From positions 32,001 through 96,000 of the forward strand of contig DAIDBH010000017.1 of assembly GCA_027310185.1 (NCBI GenBank): a DNA stretch of 64,000 nucleotides, written 5' to 3'. Positions within the stretch are counted from its first letter, which is position 1. Each line of letters opens with the position of its first letter. A program made the translations under genes and the position numbers. Origin of the DNA: Thermoplasmatales archaeon. GTDB lineage: Archaea > Thermoplasmatota > Thermoplasmata > Thermoplasmatales > Thermoplasmataceae. Below are positions 49,342 through 58,644 of the stretch, in pieces. The notes under the pieces were generated by a model. That model saw nothing but the letters and a program-made list of their open reading frames with translations, made no database searches and was not told the origin of the DNA.

Positions 49342-50375
49342 TTTTCCTTACCTCTTTCCTTCTTTCTTTGCAGATGTCTTGCAAAATTCCTCGCATATAT
49401 TACTTCCATATACTGGGCATCGTGTTCCAGCAATGGAGAACATGAAATAAGCGTGAGATCATCCTGATAGTCCATAAGAACTTCGGACATTGTCTCAAAT
49501 TTCAGATCACCATGCTTGATTGCTGTAAGCTTTGTTTCTGTTGATCCGCTGTAATCAACGCCTGCAAATTCTATATACAGATCGCCTTTTGAGTGTGCCT
49601 TGAACTTGTTGATCACCTCTGTGAAATCCTTCGCCTGTATCAGGCTGCCGTTCGTTCTTGCGTGATAGTGTGGCATATTCAGGATCGGTTCAACAGATGG
49701 TACCTTTTTTGCTATGGAAAACAACTCCTCAGCCGAACCAAATATTTCAGGCTTGCCTGATGTTTCAACACCTATGTACGGGAAACCATGGTCAATGCCC
49801 ATTTCCTTGTCTATTGCTGAATATATCTCAATTGCCCTCTTAAGACTCCCCTTCTTTGACTCGTTGTAGAATCCAGTATGAGTGACTACTCTCTTGGCAT
49901 TCATTGCCTTTCCTATTATAAGTGACCACTTAAGATGATTGATGGATCTCTCAGAGATATCCTCATCATTGGATAATGTCTTTGTTGTGAGCATATCCAT
50001 GTAATATGGACTGTGCAGGGAAAGCAATACATCAAGCTCCTTTGCAAGATCACCTCCCATCTTCAGTTCATCGTAGTTTTTTGCCATGTTCCAGAACAGT
50101 TCTTCCACTATGTCATCTTCCTGAATTACCGTGTCCGTTCCTATGCTTGAATAAATACCTTCCTCGTTCGGTCTCAGGACGTCGATTATTATAGAGTTTT
50201 CGTTATCCTTCGGTAACATACCGGCATATTCTATACCCTGATTTTCTTGAACATTTACCCTGAGAAGCTGCACCTCCAGCGCCTTTAGCCCCAACTTATA
50301 AATTTCTTCAACGGAGTCAACAAATGTTCTTCCCTTGCTGGTAAGTGGTATCCCAGCTATACCATATCTTATCAT
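49338..50375 (-). CDS. AP endonuclease family 2 / endonuclease IV-like TIM barrel
   Basis: RYGIAG.P, EVQ, SLHSPYY, VTHTG, ETSGK, SPLLEHDA. Confidence 0.8.
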   Translation of the reverse strand: MIRYGIAGIPLTSKGRTFVDSVEEIYKLGLKALEVQLLRVNVQENQGIEYAGMLPKDNENSIIIDVLRPNEEGIYSSIGTDTVIQEDDIVEELFWNMAKNYDELKMGGDLAKELDVLLSLHSPYYMDMLTTKTLSNDEDISERSINHLKWSLIIGKAMNAKRVVTHTGFYNESKKGSLKRAIEIYSAIDKEMGIDHGFPYIGVETSGKPEIFGSAEELFSIAKKVPSVEPILNMPHYHARTNGSLIQAKDFTEVINKFKAHSKGDLYIEFAGVDYSGSTETKLTAIKHGDLKFETMSEVLMDYQDDLTLISCSPLLEHDAQYMEVIYARNFARHLQRKKERGKEK

Positions 50376-50543
50376 AAACTCTTAGTATATTGAACACACC
50401 AATTTATTAGTTTTTATTTTCCATAAACATAACAGGCCTTAACGGAAAATGAAAATGTGATATTTTCTGTGCGGGCAGAAGTGGATTCAGGATTTTTTGC
50501 AGTTAAATGCCTGATTCAGATTTCGACTTTATGTGTGAATAAG

Positions 50544-50878
50544 GTGACATCTTCTTACTGCCAACGCAGGGGCTTCCTGTTTCAACTACAGTAGTCACCA
50601 TTGCTGTCAGGGTCCCAATCCCAACATGCTTAATTCCTGATTTCCCCCCCCTATACTCCTTAATTCCTTGATTTTCTCCATGTGTTTATTCTCTATTTTT
50701 ATTGCAGTATTGACAAATATCTTCCTCCTGTATTTCAAGACGTAAATGAAATGGCAGCATAATGAATATACAGAATGTGCCGCTTTCACTAGATCGTATG
50801 ACATGGTAAATATAATATTCCATATACTGTGAAGATTTCACTCCCTTTCATTAGAAACGGGATTCCTGCTCGCATGTA
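50544..50878 (-). mobile_element. Non-autonomous internally deleted IS200/IS605 element
   Basis: Minus strand: TTTAA then left-end hairpin TCCC-G-TTTC-TAAT-GAAA-GGGA (50842-50862), tnpA 5' fragment, right end GAAACAGGAAGCCCCTGCGTTGGCAG...GATGTCAC. Confidence 0.8.
50607..50804 (-). pseudogene. tnpA: TnpA (Y1 transposase) N-terminal remnant, probably joined to a TnpB C-terminal remnant
   Basis: HSVYSL..HF..V.KYRRK.F is the TnpA N-terminus; HUH and catalytic Tyr region missing. Confidence 0.75.
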
Positions 50879-50973
50879 TTAAATATTAACATGCAATCAA
50901 TTCCTAATGGATGTAGATTGGGATAAGTTAAATATTAGCCAAATTCTACCCATAATTAACAAAGGTGTACTTA

Positions 50974-52353
50974 ATGAATGTAGATCCAAATATCACAAAA
51001 TATCTGATAAAAGCAAAAATTTCTGCCGATGGGGTGGTTGAAAAACCTGATGTTGTTGGGGCCATATTTGGCCAGACAGAGGGTCTTCTCGGTGAAGAAC
51101 TAGATCTTAGGGACCTCCAGAAAGGAGGGAAAATTGGTAGAATAGAAGTTGAGATTGACAGCAAGAAGGGTAGGACTGAGGGTTTTGCCCTCATACCATC
51201 CGGTCTTGATCAGGTGGAAAGTTCTATCCTGGCAGCTTCTCTTGAAACAATAGATAGAATCGGCCCATGCAAGGCGAAGGTAGAGGTTGAAAGCGTCGAA
51301 GATGTCAGGCAGGAGCGCAGGAAGAAGATTGTTGAAAGAGCTGAGCAGTTATACAAGAAGATGAGCGAATCTGGAAAGACTGTGAGTGAGAGCATAATAT
51401 CAACGGTCAGGGAAGAGGTTGAGAGGGGAGAGATAATATCCTACGGAGAGGAAAAATTACCTGCAGGACCTGCAATAAAGGATTCTGATTCAATTATAGT
51501 TGTGGAAGGAAGGAACGATGTCCTGAATCTTCTGAAATACGGCATAAAGAATACCATAGCAGTACAGGGCACAAATATTCCAAGGGCTGTACAGAAACTT
51601 TCAACTGAAAGAACGGTAACAGTATTTCTAGATGGTGATAGAGGGGGAGACCTCATACTGAAAGAAATGCTTCAGGTTGCAGAAGTTGATTTCGTTGCCA
51701 GAGCACCACCAGGAACTGAAGTTGAGGAACTGAGCTACAAGCAGATCGTGAAGGCGCTGAGGTATAAAACTCCCACAGAGCAGTATCTTTCAATGAGAGG
51801 AATGAACGATGAGCTCAAGAACTTCAATGAGAAGAATGACAAGGATGCAAACAAGGAGAAGCACGAGCCGGAACACGTTAAGAATGACCAGAAACTGCAT
51901 GAACATGAGAGACATGAACAGAAGAAGCCTGAACATAGAGATCCGGAAATTGAGCCAAAGCACGAAAAACAGGAGCATCACCAGAGAGAAGTCCACGTGG
52001 TAGAGGAAAAGAAAGAACGCCAGAGTGAACCTGAGGAAAATAGAAAGACGAATAAATTTTCCATAATGGATCCAAACAGTGTGAGAAGAAGAATAACAGA
52101 GCTTCTTGAGAAGAAGGAAACCCAGGTAGTTGATGAGAAGGGAGAACCCATGGAGAGTTTCAATCTCGCAGAGGCACCTGATAAAATTTCAGAGATGGAA
52201 AAAGTAGAATATGTCATGACCGGTGGTGTCATTTCGCAGAGACTGGTAGATATCTGCCACAAAAAAGGGGTTAAGATTATCTATGGTGTAAAGAGAGGAA
52301 ACATCACCAAGAAACCGGAAGATATGAGAGTTGTGCCAATAGAAGAGGCGTAA
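50974..52353 (+). CDS. dnaG: Archaeal DnaG (TOPRIM, exosome-associated)
   Basis: KY.I.A....GVVEKPDVVGAIFGQTEGLLG, VEGRND, DGDRGG. Confidence 0.95.
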   Translation: MNVDPNITKYLIKAKISADGVVEKPDVVGAIFGQTEGLLGEELDLRDLQKGGKIGRIEVEIDSKKGRTEGFALIPSGLDQVESSILAASLETIDRIGPCKAKVEVESVEDVRQERRKKIVERAEQLYKKMSESGKTVSESIISTVREEVERGEIISYGEEKLPAGPAIKDSDSIIVVEGRNDVLNLLKYGIKNTIAVQGTNIPRAVQKLSTERTVTVFLDGDRGGDLILKEMLQVAEVDFVARAPPGTEVEELSYKQIVKALRYKTPTEQYLSMRGMNDELKNFNEKNDKDANKEKHEPEHVKNDQKLHEHERHEQKKPEHRDPEIEPKHEKQEHHQREVHVVEEKKERQSEPEENRKTNKFSIMDPNSVRRRITELLEKKETQVVDEKGEPMESFNLAEAPDKISEMEKVEYVMTGGVISQRLVDICHKKGVKIIYGVKRGNITKKPEDMRVVPIEEA

Positions 52354-52356
52354 ATT

Positions 52357-53835
52357 TTGCCAAAAAGAAAAGCGAATACAACAGAAGATGTTAAAATACC
52401 ATCCAACCCACTGGACAGGGTAATAGGACAGGACGATGCAGTAAAGATAGCCAGGGTTGCAGCAAAACAGAGGAGAAACCTCCTGCTTGTAGGACCGCCT
52501 GGAATAGGGAAGTCCATGATTGCACAGGCGATGTCATTCCTGATCGAGGTTCCAGAACATGAAGTAAGAGTTATACACAACCTGATGTATCCAGAGAGGC
52601 CATATGTTGAGGTGAAGAGCAGGGCCCAGGTAGAGCAGGAAAGTGATGAGATTAATGCTGCCGATGGCATGATTGTTAGCCCGGAAGATATACCGGCTGA
52701 TGTGTCTGAAAAACTTGGTTACAGATGTCCGTCATGCGGGTATATTTCCATGTATACTGATACAACGTGCCCCAGATGCGGAGAGCAGAAAAATAAGAAT
52801 AATGCACAGGGCCCCTTTGGAGATATGTTTAACGTGTTAGGTGCTGCCCTTGGCGTACAGAACAACATGGAAAGAGTATCTTCGACCAGAAGAGTTGGCG
52901 AAAAGGAAGAAGTAATCATATATGAACGATTCAATGACAAGGTAAAGATTCTTGATGAAAAAGCCCTTGAAAGAAAGAAAAAGATGGAAAAAAAGAGCCC
53001 CAGCAAGGTCATAGTACCATTGAACAGGAACACATTCATTCTTGCAACAGGTGCCAGTGAGACAGAACTTTTAGGAGACGTAAGACACGATCCCTATGGG
53101 GGCCATCCACAGCTTGGCACAATGCCCTATGAAAGAGTTATAGCCGGTTCCATACATGAGGCACATGAAGGAGTCCTGTTCATAGATGAGATAACACACC
53201 TTGGTGAATTACAGAGATCCATACTTACAGCAATGCAGGAAAAGAAATTTCCCATAACAGGAAGGAACCCGCAAAGCGCAGGTGCAAGTGTTAGAGTTGA
53301 TTCTGTTCCAACTGACTTCATTCTAGTGGGTGCTTGTAATATCCAGGATCTTCCACAGATTCTTAGCCCATTAAGATCAAGAATTGCAGGTAATGGATAT
53401 GAGGTGCTTATGGAAGTATCAATGCCATACAATGAAAAGAATGTTGAAAGGTATCTTCAGTTTATTGCCCAGGAAATAATCAGCGATGGGAAGATTCCCC
53501 ATATGGAGATAGATGCAGCCATGATCATAGTCGAGGAGGGAAAGAGGAGGGCAAGCATAATAGATCACAGGGAAAATGCACTGACCCTCAGACTCAGAGA
53601 ACTTGGAGGACTGATCAGGGCAGCAGGTGATATTGCTGTGAGCAAGGAACACAAATACATAACAAAAGACGATATTATGGAGGCACTCAAGATATACATG
53701 CCAGTTGAGGAGAAAATAAACAAGATTTACGGCAATATGGGTAACGCCATTTCCAGCGAGTCAACAGCATCACAAAAAATGTCAGGTTACTATGGCGGCT
53801 TCCATAACTATTATGTGGATCCTTCCTACCAGTAA
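52357..53835 (+). CDS. LonB-like AAA+ ATPase lacking the protease domain
   Basis: VIGQ, GPPGIGKS, CPSC/CPRC, LLGDVRHDP, GVLFIDE, LRSRI, LRLRELGGL; ends without Lon_C domain. Confidence 0.85.
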   Translation: MPKRKANTTEDVKIPSNPLDRVIGQDDAVKIARVAAKQRRNLLLVGPPGIGKSMIAQAMSFLIEVPEHEVRVIHNLMYPERPYVEVKSRAQVEQESDEINAADGMIVSPEDIPADVSEKLGYRCPSCGYISMYTDTTCPRCGEQKNKNNAQGPFGDMFNVLGAALGVQNNMERVSSTRRVGEKEEVIIYERFNDKVKILDEKALERKKKMEKKSPSKVIVPLNRNTFILATGASETELLGDVRHDPYGGHPQLGTMPYERVIAGSIHEAHEGVLFIDEITHLGELQRSILTAMQEKKFPITGRNPQSAGASVRVDSVPTDFILVGACNIQDLPQILSPLRSRIAGNGYEVLMEVSMPYNEKNVERYLQFIAQEIISDGKIPHMEIDAAMIIVEEGKRRASIIDHRENALTLRLRELGGLIRAAGDIAVSKEHKYITKDDIMEALKIYMPVEEKINKIYGNMGNAISSESTASQKMSGYYGGFHNYYVDPSYQ

Positions 53836-53932
53836 TCCTTACTTTATTATATTAGTTTTTTTCGCTATGTGCAAATTTAGCATGTCATGACGATAGTTAA
53901 TAAAGTTAATATAATATCTATATGGTGATTAA

Positions 53933-54541
53933 ATGCCAATAGCACTTGGGGAAAAAGTCCCTGATTTTACCGTAAACACATCGAAAGGTCCCATAACCAT
54001 GTCGTCCTATAAGGGCAAGTGGGTTTTACTGTTTTCACATCCAGGAGATTTCACTCCTGTATGCACAACCGAATTCATGGCTTTCACAGAAAGATATGAA
54101 GATTTCAAGAAACTTGGTGTGGAACTCATCGGTCTCAGTATTGATAGCGTGTACAGCCATATAGCCTGGGTAAGAGATATCAAGGAGAAGTATGGAGTGG
54201 AGATACCCTTCCCAATAATTGCTGATGTCAACAAGGAAGTGGCAAACATATTCAATATCATAAACCCTGCAGATGGTATGACCGTAAGGGGCATCTTCAT
54301 AATAGATCCTAACCAGAAGGTAAGGTGGATGGCCTATTATCCTGCTGAGGTTGGAAGAAGCATATCTGAGCTCATAAGAGTTATCAAGGCACTTAAGTTT
54401 AACTGGGATAGAAAACTCGCAACACCAGCTAACTGGCAGGAGGGTGACCCTGGAGTTATGGGAGCGCCTGGAACACTTGAAGAAAGTTACGCAAGAGAAA
54501 AAGATGGCGCTGAGAGATGGTATCTTAAAAGAGTCAAATGA
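53933..54541 (+). CDS. Peroxiredoxin (Prx6 type)
   Basis: SHPGDFTPVCTTE, FPIIAD, GR, TPANW. Confidence 0.95.
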   Translation: MPIALGEKVPDFTVNTSKGPITMSSYKGKWVLLFSHPGDFTPVCTTEFMAFTERYEDFKKLGVELIGLSIDSVYSHIAWVRDIKEKYGVEIPFPIIADVNKEVANIFNIINPADGMTVRGIFIIDPNQKVRWMAYYPAEVGRSISELIRVIKALKFNWDRKLATPANWQEGDPGVMGAPGTLEESYAREKDGAERWYLKRVK

Positions 54542-54876
54542 CCGATTGCGCAATGTACAATCTCACACTGGATGGATCACATCCATCCACAATTTGTGTG
54601 GAGATTTCGAAATTAAAGCCATCGCTTGAATCCCTGTATGAGATGATAGGTTCTGAATATCTTTCGGAATATTTATCAGATTTTATTTCTGAATTTGCAA
54701 GAACTGATGAGATCATGCCTGAGGATCATACACTTGGTTTTGTGATAGTCAATTCGAAGAAGAAGCATCTTTCATTTGCCTTCAATGGGCTGAAGGATGA
54801 CTATATTAAAGATATCAGGGAACTTGGATCAAAGATCCAGCAAAAGGGTTACACAGTTGAATATGACATTGATTGA
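54538..54876 (+). CDS. TA0956-family protein
   Basis: CAMYN....SHPSTICV and FARTDEIMPED.T.GFV match my recollection of Thermoplasma TA0956. Confidence 0.75.
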   Translation: MTDCAMYNLTLDGSHPSTICVEISKLKPSLESLYEMIGSEYLSEYLSDFISEFARTDEIMPEDHTLGFVIVNSKKKHLSFAFNGLKDDYIKDIRELGSKIQQKGYTVEYDID

Positions 54877-55015
54877 TGTTTCCAAATGAAAACCAGATGT
54901 TTCAAATATTTTTGATATCGCTACAGCTATAAAATTTTAACTTTTCAGCAATATGATCTCATTGTAGATTGGTTGTGTGATCAATTATATATATTCAACA
55001 ATCTTTTTGGATTTC

Positions 55016-55699
55016 ATGATGAATGAGGATGCTGAAAGCTCAGCACTGATAAGGGAAGAGGATAGGAGATTTTTGACCAGCCAGTTCAGGAAGAAGCTGA
55101 AAAAGCCTGTAACCCTGATAGTTTTCACATCCAGTGATAAAGAATGCATGTACTGCGAAAAGGCAGTTGAGATTATCAACGAAGTATCCAGCTTGAGTGA
55201 CAGGATCAGGACTTTGAGATATTCCTTTGAGAATGATAAGGAAATGATTGAGAAATATCAGGTGAAGAAATATCCTGCAATTATTGTAACATCTGAGAAT
55301 GTTGAAGATGGAAGAGTGGTATTTTACGGATTACCCTCTGGATATGAATTTGGTTCCCTCATAGAAAGCATAGAGAGTGCGTCTATGGATCAACCTGAAG
55401 TTGCAGATAAGGCTAGGGAGATAATTTCAGGAATTATTGAACCTGTGAAAATAACGGTTTACATCACACCCTCATGCCAGTACTGCCCGAGGGCAAGCAC
55501 TATGGCAAACAAATTCGCCATATTGAATCATAACATTAGATCTGAAATTGTGGAAATCCTGGAATTTGGAAAAGAAGATGAAATAAAAGATATAGAAAAA
55601 GTTCCGTATATCAGGGTAAACGACAGGATCACGGTAATAGGAACACACACTGAGGAGCAGTTTGCAGAATTTGTGATGGAAGCTACCAGAAAGGACTGA
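55016..55699 (+). CDS. Protein disulfide oxidoreductase (two thioredoxin folds)
   Basis: CMYC and CQYC, G.PSGYEF.SL; start moved to ATG 55016. Confidence 0.88.
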   Translation: MMNEDAESSALIREEDRRFLTSQFRKKLKKPVTLIVFTSSDKECMYCEKAVEIINEVSSLSDRIRTLRYSFENDKEMIEKYQVKKYPAIIVTSENVEDGRVVFYGLPSGYEFGSLIESIESASMDQPEVADKAREIISGIIEPVKITVYITPSCQYCPRASTMANKFAILNHNIRSEIVEILEFGKEDEIKDIEKVPYIRVNDRITVIGTHTEEQFAEFVMEATRKD

Positions 55700-55744
55700 T
55701 GATGATCTGCAAAAGATTTATTACAGGATTAAGGCTGTTGAACT

Positions 55745-56110
55745 ATGGAAAGCAATGATATTATTGCTGTATCAACAAACTACATCAGTGGGTACAGGGT
55801 TACAAAGGTTTTTGGAACAGTCTGGGGGCTGACCGTCAGGAGCAGGGGAATCGGCGGTAATGTTATGGCTGGATTGAGATCCCTTAAGGGAGGGGAGATC
55901 AAGGAATATATCACATTACTGAATGATGCAAGGAATATAGCACTGCAGAGACTGAAGGACGAAGCTAAGTCCCTTGGAGCCAACGCAATACTTGACGTGA
56001 GGTTTGATTCATCGGATTTTGCCCAGATGATGACAGAAATTGTGGCATATGGTACTGCTGTTATCGTGGAACAAACAGGCAAGCAGGGAGATCTTGTATC
56101 TCTTTCCTGA
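55745..56110 (+). CDS. UPF0145/YbjQ family protein
   Basis: GGE...Y, AR..A..R, LGANA, AYGTAV. Confidence 0.92.
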   Translation: MESNDIIAVSTNYISGYRVTKVFGTVWGLTVRSRGIGGNVMAGLRSLKGGEIKEYITLLNDARNIALQRLKDEAKSLGANAILDVRFDSSDFAQMMTEIVAYGTAVIVEQTGKQGDLVSLS

Positions 56111-56184
56111 TTTTCCGGTTAAGTGCAGTATATAATTGCAAATAGATCAAAGACTTAAATAATCAATTTACATTTAGTATTATC

Positions 56185-56484
56185 ATGATAGATTCACTGT
56201 GGGAATGGCTCATAGTAGGTGTTGTTATACTTGCCCTGTTTGGAAGTGCCAAGAAGATCCCTGATTTTGCAAGAAATCTTGGAAGGGCAACCGGTGAATT
56301 CAAGAGAGGACAGACAGAGATACAGCAGGAAATTAAGAAATCATTATTGGAGCCGGAGAAAGTTAATGAACCAGAGACAGATAAAATGATTGCACTTGCA
56401 CAGTCCATGGGAATAGAAACAAGCGGAAAGGATCCAAAACAGATAAGAGTAGAGCTTTCAGAAAAGCTTAAAAGTGATAATTAA
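56185..56484 (+). CDS. tatA: Twin-arginine translocase TatA
   Basis: TM + LFG..KIP..AR.LG....EFK. Confidence 0.92.
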   Translation: MIDSLWEWLIVGVVILALFGSAKKIPDFARNLGRATGEFKRGQTEIQQEIKKSLLEPEKVNEPETDKMIALAQSMGIETSGKDPKQIRVELSEKLKSDN

Positions 56485-57320
56485 TGGAAAATGGCCCGCT
56501 GAAGGTCATTACAAACAATATTGATGAACTGCGTTTCAGGGTTATAAGAATCGTAGCACCCATCCTGGTTTTTTTTAGTATTTTCCTGTTATTTGATCTC
56601 AGGTTTTTTAATATTAGCTTGGGCTCTTTCTCAGTTCAATTTCCTTTCATCTACCCTGATCCCTATGAAAATATGGGCGCCCAGTTCCTAAAACTCATAA
56701 TTGACCATGTTATAACAGAGCATTTCCAGCTGATTGCCATTAAACCCACAGATGGAGTGGTGGCTGACTTTTATTCCTGCCTGTTCCTGTCCATAATAGT
56801 AACATCACCAAATATTTCATACCAGACCGGAAAGTTCGTAGGACCCGCCCTTAAGGCTTCCGAAAAGCACCTGATCAAGACAACAATATACCCTGCACTT
56901 ATACTATTCCTGCTTGGAGCACTCGTAGGATTCTATTTTGTTGCACCACTCATGTTCAGGATCCTGTATGACTTTGACCTTGGTGTCGGGGCTCAGCCCA
57001 CAATGAGTATAACTTCCTTTGTTTCATTCTTCTTCATATATGTTCTTTCCTTTGGATTATCCTTTGAAACACCTGTCATCATGGTTGGATTGACATATCT
57101 CTCAATTGTGCCTGCAGCCTACTGGAGGAAGAACTGGAGATACGCCATAGTGGCAGCACTTATTTTCGGAGTGATATTTTCCCCAGGAGTAACTGGGTTT
57201 ACCATGATGCTACTGGCAATACCAATAATAGCATTGTATTTTGTGGGAATTTATGCATCCCAGAGAGTGGAAAGAAAGAAAAATAAGGAAATTCAGACAG
57301 ACCTAAATGGTCCCTCTTAA
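56484..57320 (+). CDS. tatC: Twin-arginine translocase TatC
   Basis: ELR.R, FVGPAL...E, FETP, WRYA, multiple TMs. Confidence 0.92.
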   Translation: MENGPLKVITNNIDELRFRVIRIVAPILVFFSIFLLFDLRFFNISLGSFSVQFPFIYPDPYENMGAQFLKLIIDHVITEHFQLIAIKPTDGVVADFYSCLFLSIIVTSPNISYQTGKFVGPALKASEKHLIKTTIYPALILFLLGALVGFYFVAPLMFRILYDFDLGVGAQPTMSITSFVSFFFIYVLSFGLSFETPVIMVGLTYLSIVPAAYWRKNWRYAIVAALIFGVIFSPGVTGFTMMLLAIPIIALYFVGIYASQRVERKKNKEIQTDLNGPS

Positions 57321-58028
57321 TTTCTGCCTGTATGATTCCAGTTCTTTGAGCCTGATTTTTTTTGTGTCAGTTGTTTCTATGTGGTGAGCATAGGACTTTA
57401 AGATCTCATTTCTCACAAACCTTGAACCCTTAATTCTCCTGAAAAAGCTGTTGTTTAATGAAATAGCTATGCTTTCAGCGTCTTCAAGGTTCCCCTCGCG
57501 ACTTATTAAACCATGATCCAGTGATTCCTTCAACGTTAAGATCCTGCCTGTGGCGAGCTCCTTCATTGCATTGCCTGGAATAAAATCCCTCATTCCTTCC
57601 GGAGGTATCATGATTGACGGAAAATCGTAGAGAATATCAGGAAAGCCATATTTACTGTCTTTTTCACCTACAGAATAATCACTTATTAATGCCAGCTCAA
57701 GCCCTGCACCCAGTGTGAATCCCTTACAGAACGATATAATGGGTGCTTCATAGTTTCTTATAAGCTGCATGATGCCTGTCCCCAGCGATACAACAGTCAG
57801 AAGGAAATCATTGTCCTTTACAAGATGACATGAACAGTCATAGCCCATGGAAAAATTCTCTCCTGTAGATCTGATCACCACAGGTTTCAGGTTTCCGTCC
57901 GAAGTTATTGATGATAAATTCATGAACAATTGCTGCAGGGCCTCCAGATCCATTGAATTCTCAGGTATGTTGTTGATTATTAGTGAATGGATTGATTCAG
58001 TTTCCTCGTGAATTACCTTATTACTCAG
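57303..58028 (-). CDS. Enoyl-CoA hydratase/crotonase-like protein
   Basis: FSMGYD, G.TLGAGLELAL.SD; crotonase-like N-terminus extends in frame upstream of ATG 57953 to a CTG at 58028. Confidence 0.7.
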   Translation of the reverse strand: MSNKVIHEETESIHSLIINNIPENSMDLEALQQLFMNLSSITSDGNLKPVVIRSTGENFSMGYDCSCHLVKDNDFLLTVVSLGTGIMQLIRNYEAPIISFCKGFTLGAGLELALISDYSVGEKDSKYGFPDILYDFPSIMIPPEGMRDFIPGNAMKELATGRILTLKESLDHGLISREGNLEDAESIAISLNNSFFRRIKGSRFVRNEILKSYAHHIETTDTKKIRLKELESYRQKLRGTI

Positions 58029-58297
58029 TACATTGTCAGGTTGTATCTCTCATCAACCTCCTCATAGGTCTTCCTGTCCCTGATGCCGAGGATGTCCGAT
58101 ACCTTCTTCATGATGTCTTCGTATGGAGATGCCTCTTTCCTTTCAATATATGGCCACTCTTCTCCAATGATCAGTCTCTTGACCCTATCACTGTACATGA
58201 ACTGGTAACCTTCCTTCTTCATCTCGTGGATCCTCTCTGCCACTTCTTCAGGTTTTTCCATGTTGCTGAACATGTGTTCAAGTTCTTCACTCATCAC
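58025..58297 (-). CDS. Hypothetical protein
   Basis: Host-like codon use, overlaps neighbours in nuo operon tail. Confidence 0.65.
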   Translation of the reverse strand: MMSEELEHMFSNMEKPEEVAERIHEMKKEGYQFMYSDRVKRLIIGEEWPYIERKEASPYEDIMKKVSDILGIRDRKTYEEVDERYNLTMY

Positions 58298-58644
58298 AGA
58301 TCACCACATCTCTTTCCATTGAATTCGGGGAATCTCACATTGTATCTATCAGCTGCATAATAAAGGTGGTATACGAAGTTCTCAAGAAAACCTTTCCTGT
58401 CTTCAACATCATAGACAAAGTTTGAATTCATGACGTTTTTCACAGTATCTATATCTATTTTGCCTCTCAGGAAATCATCAATGGACTGCATCACCTTGAG
58501 GTGGCTCCTTATTCTTTCGTTCTTTGATATATTCACTTCATTTTCCAGGCTCTTCAATTTCCTTTCAATAAGCTTCATTGCATCGTCTATCTCTCCTGAA
58601 AGGACTGCTGAATCAATTACTTCCAGATCATATAATGGATTCAT
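58294..58644 (-). CDS. Hypothetical protein
   Basis: ATG 58644 overlaps nuoN stop (TAATG); helical, charged. Confidence 0.65.
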   Translation of the reverse strand: MNPLYDLEVIDSAVLSGEIDDAMKLIERKLKSLENEVNISKNERIRSHLKVMQSIDDFLRGKIDIDTVKNVMNSNFVYDVEDRKGFLENFVYHLYYAADRYNVRFPEFNGKRCGDL

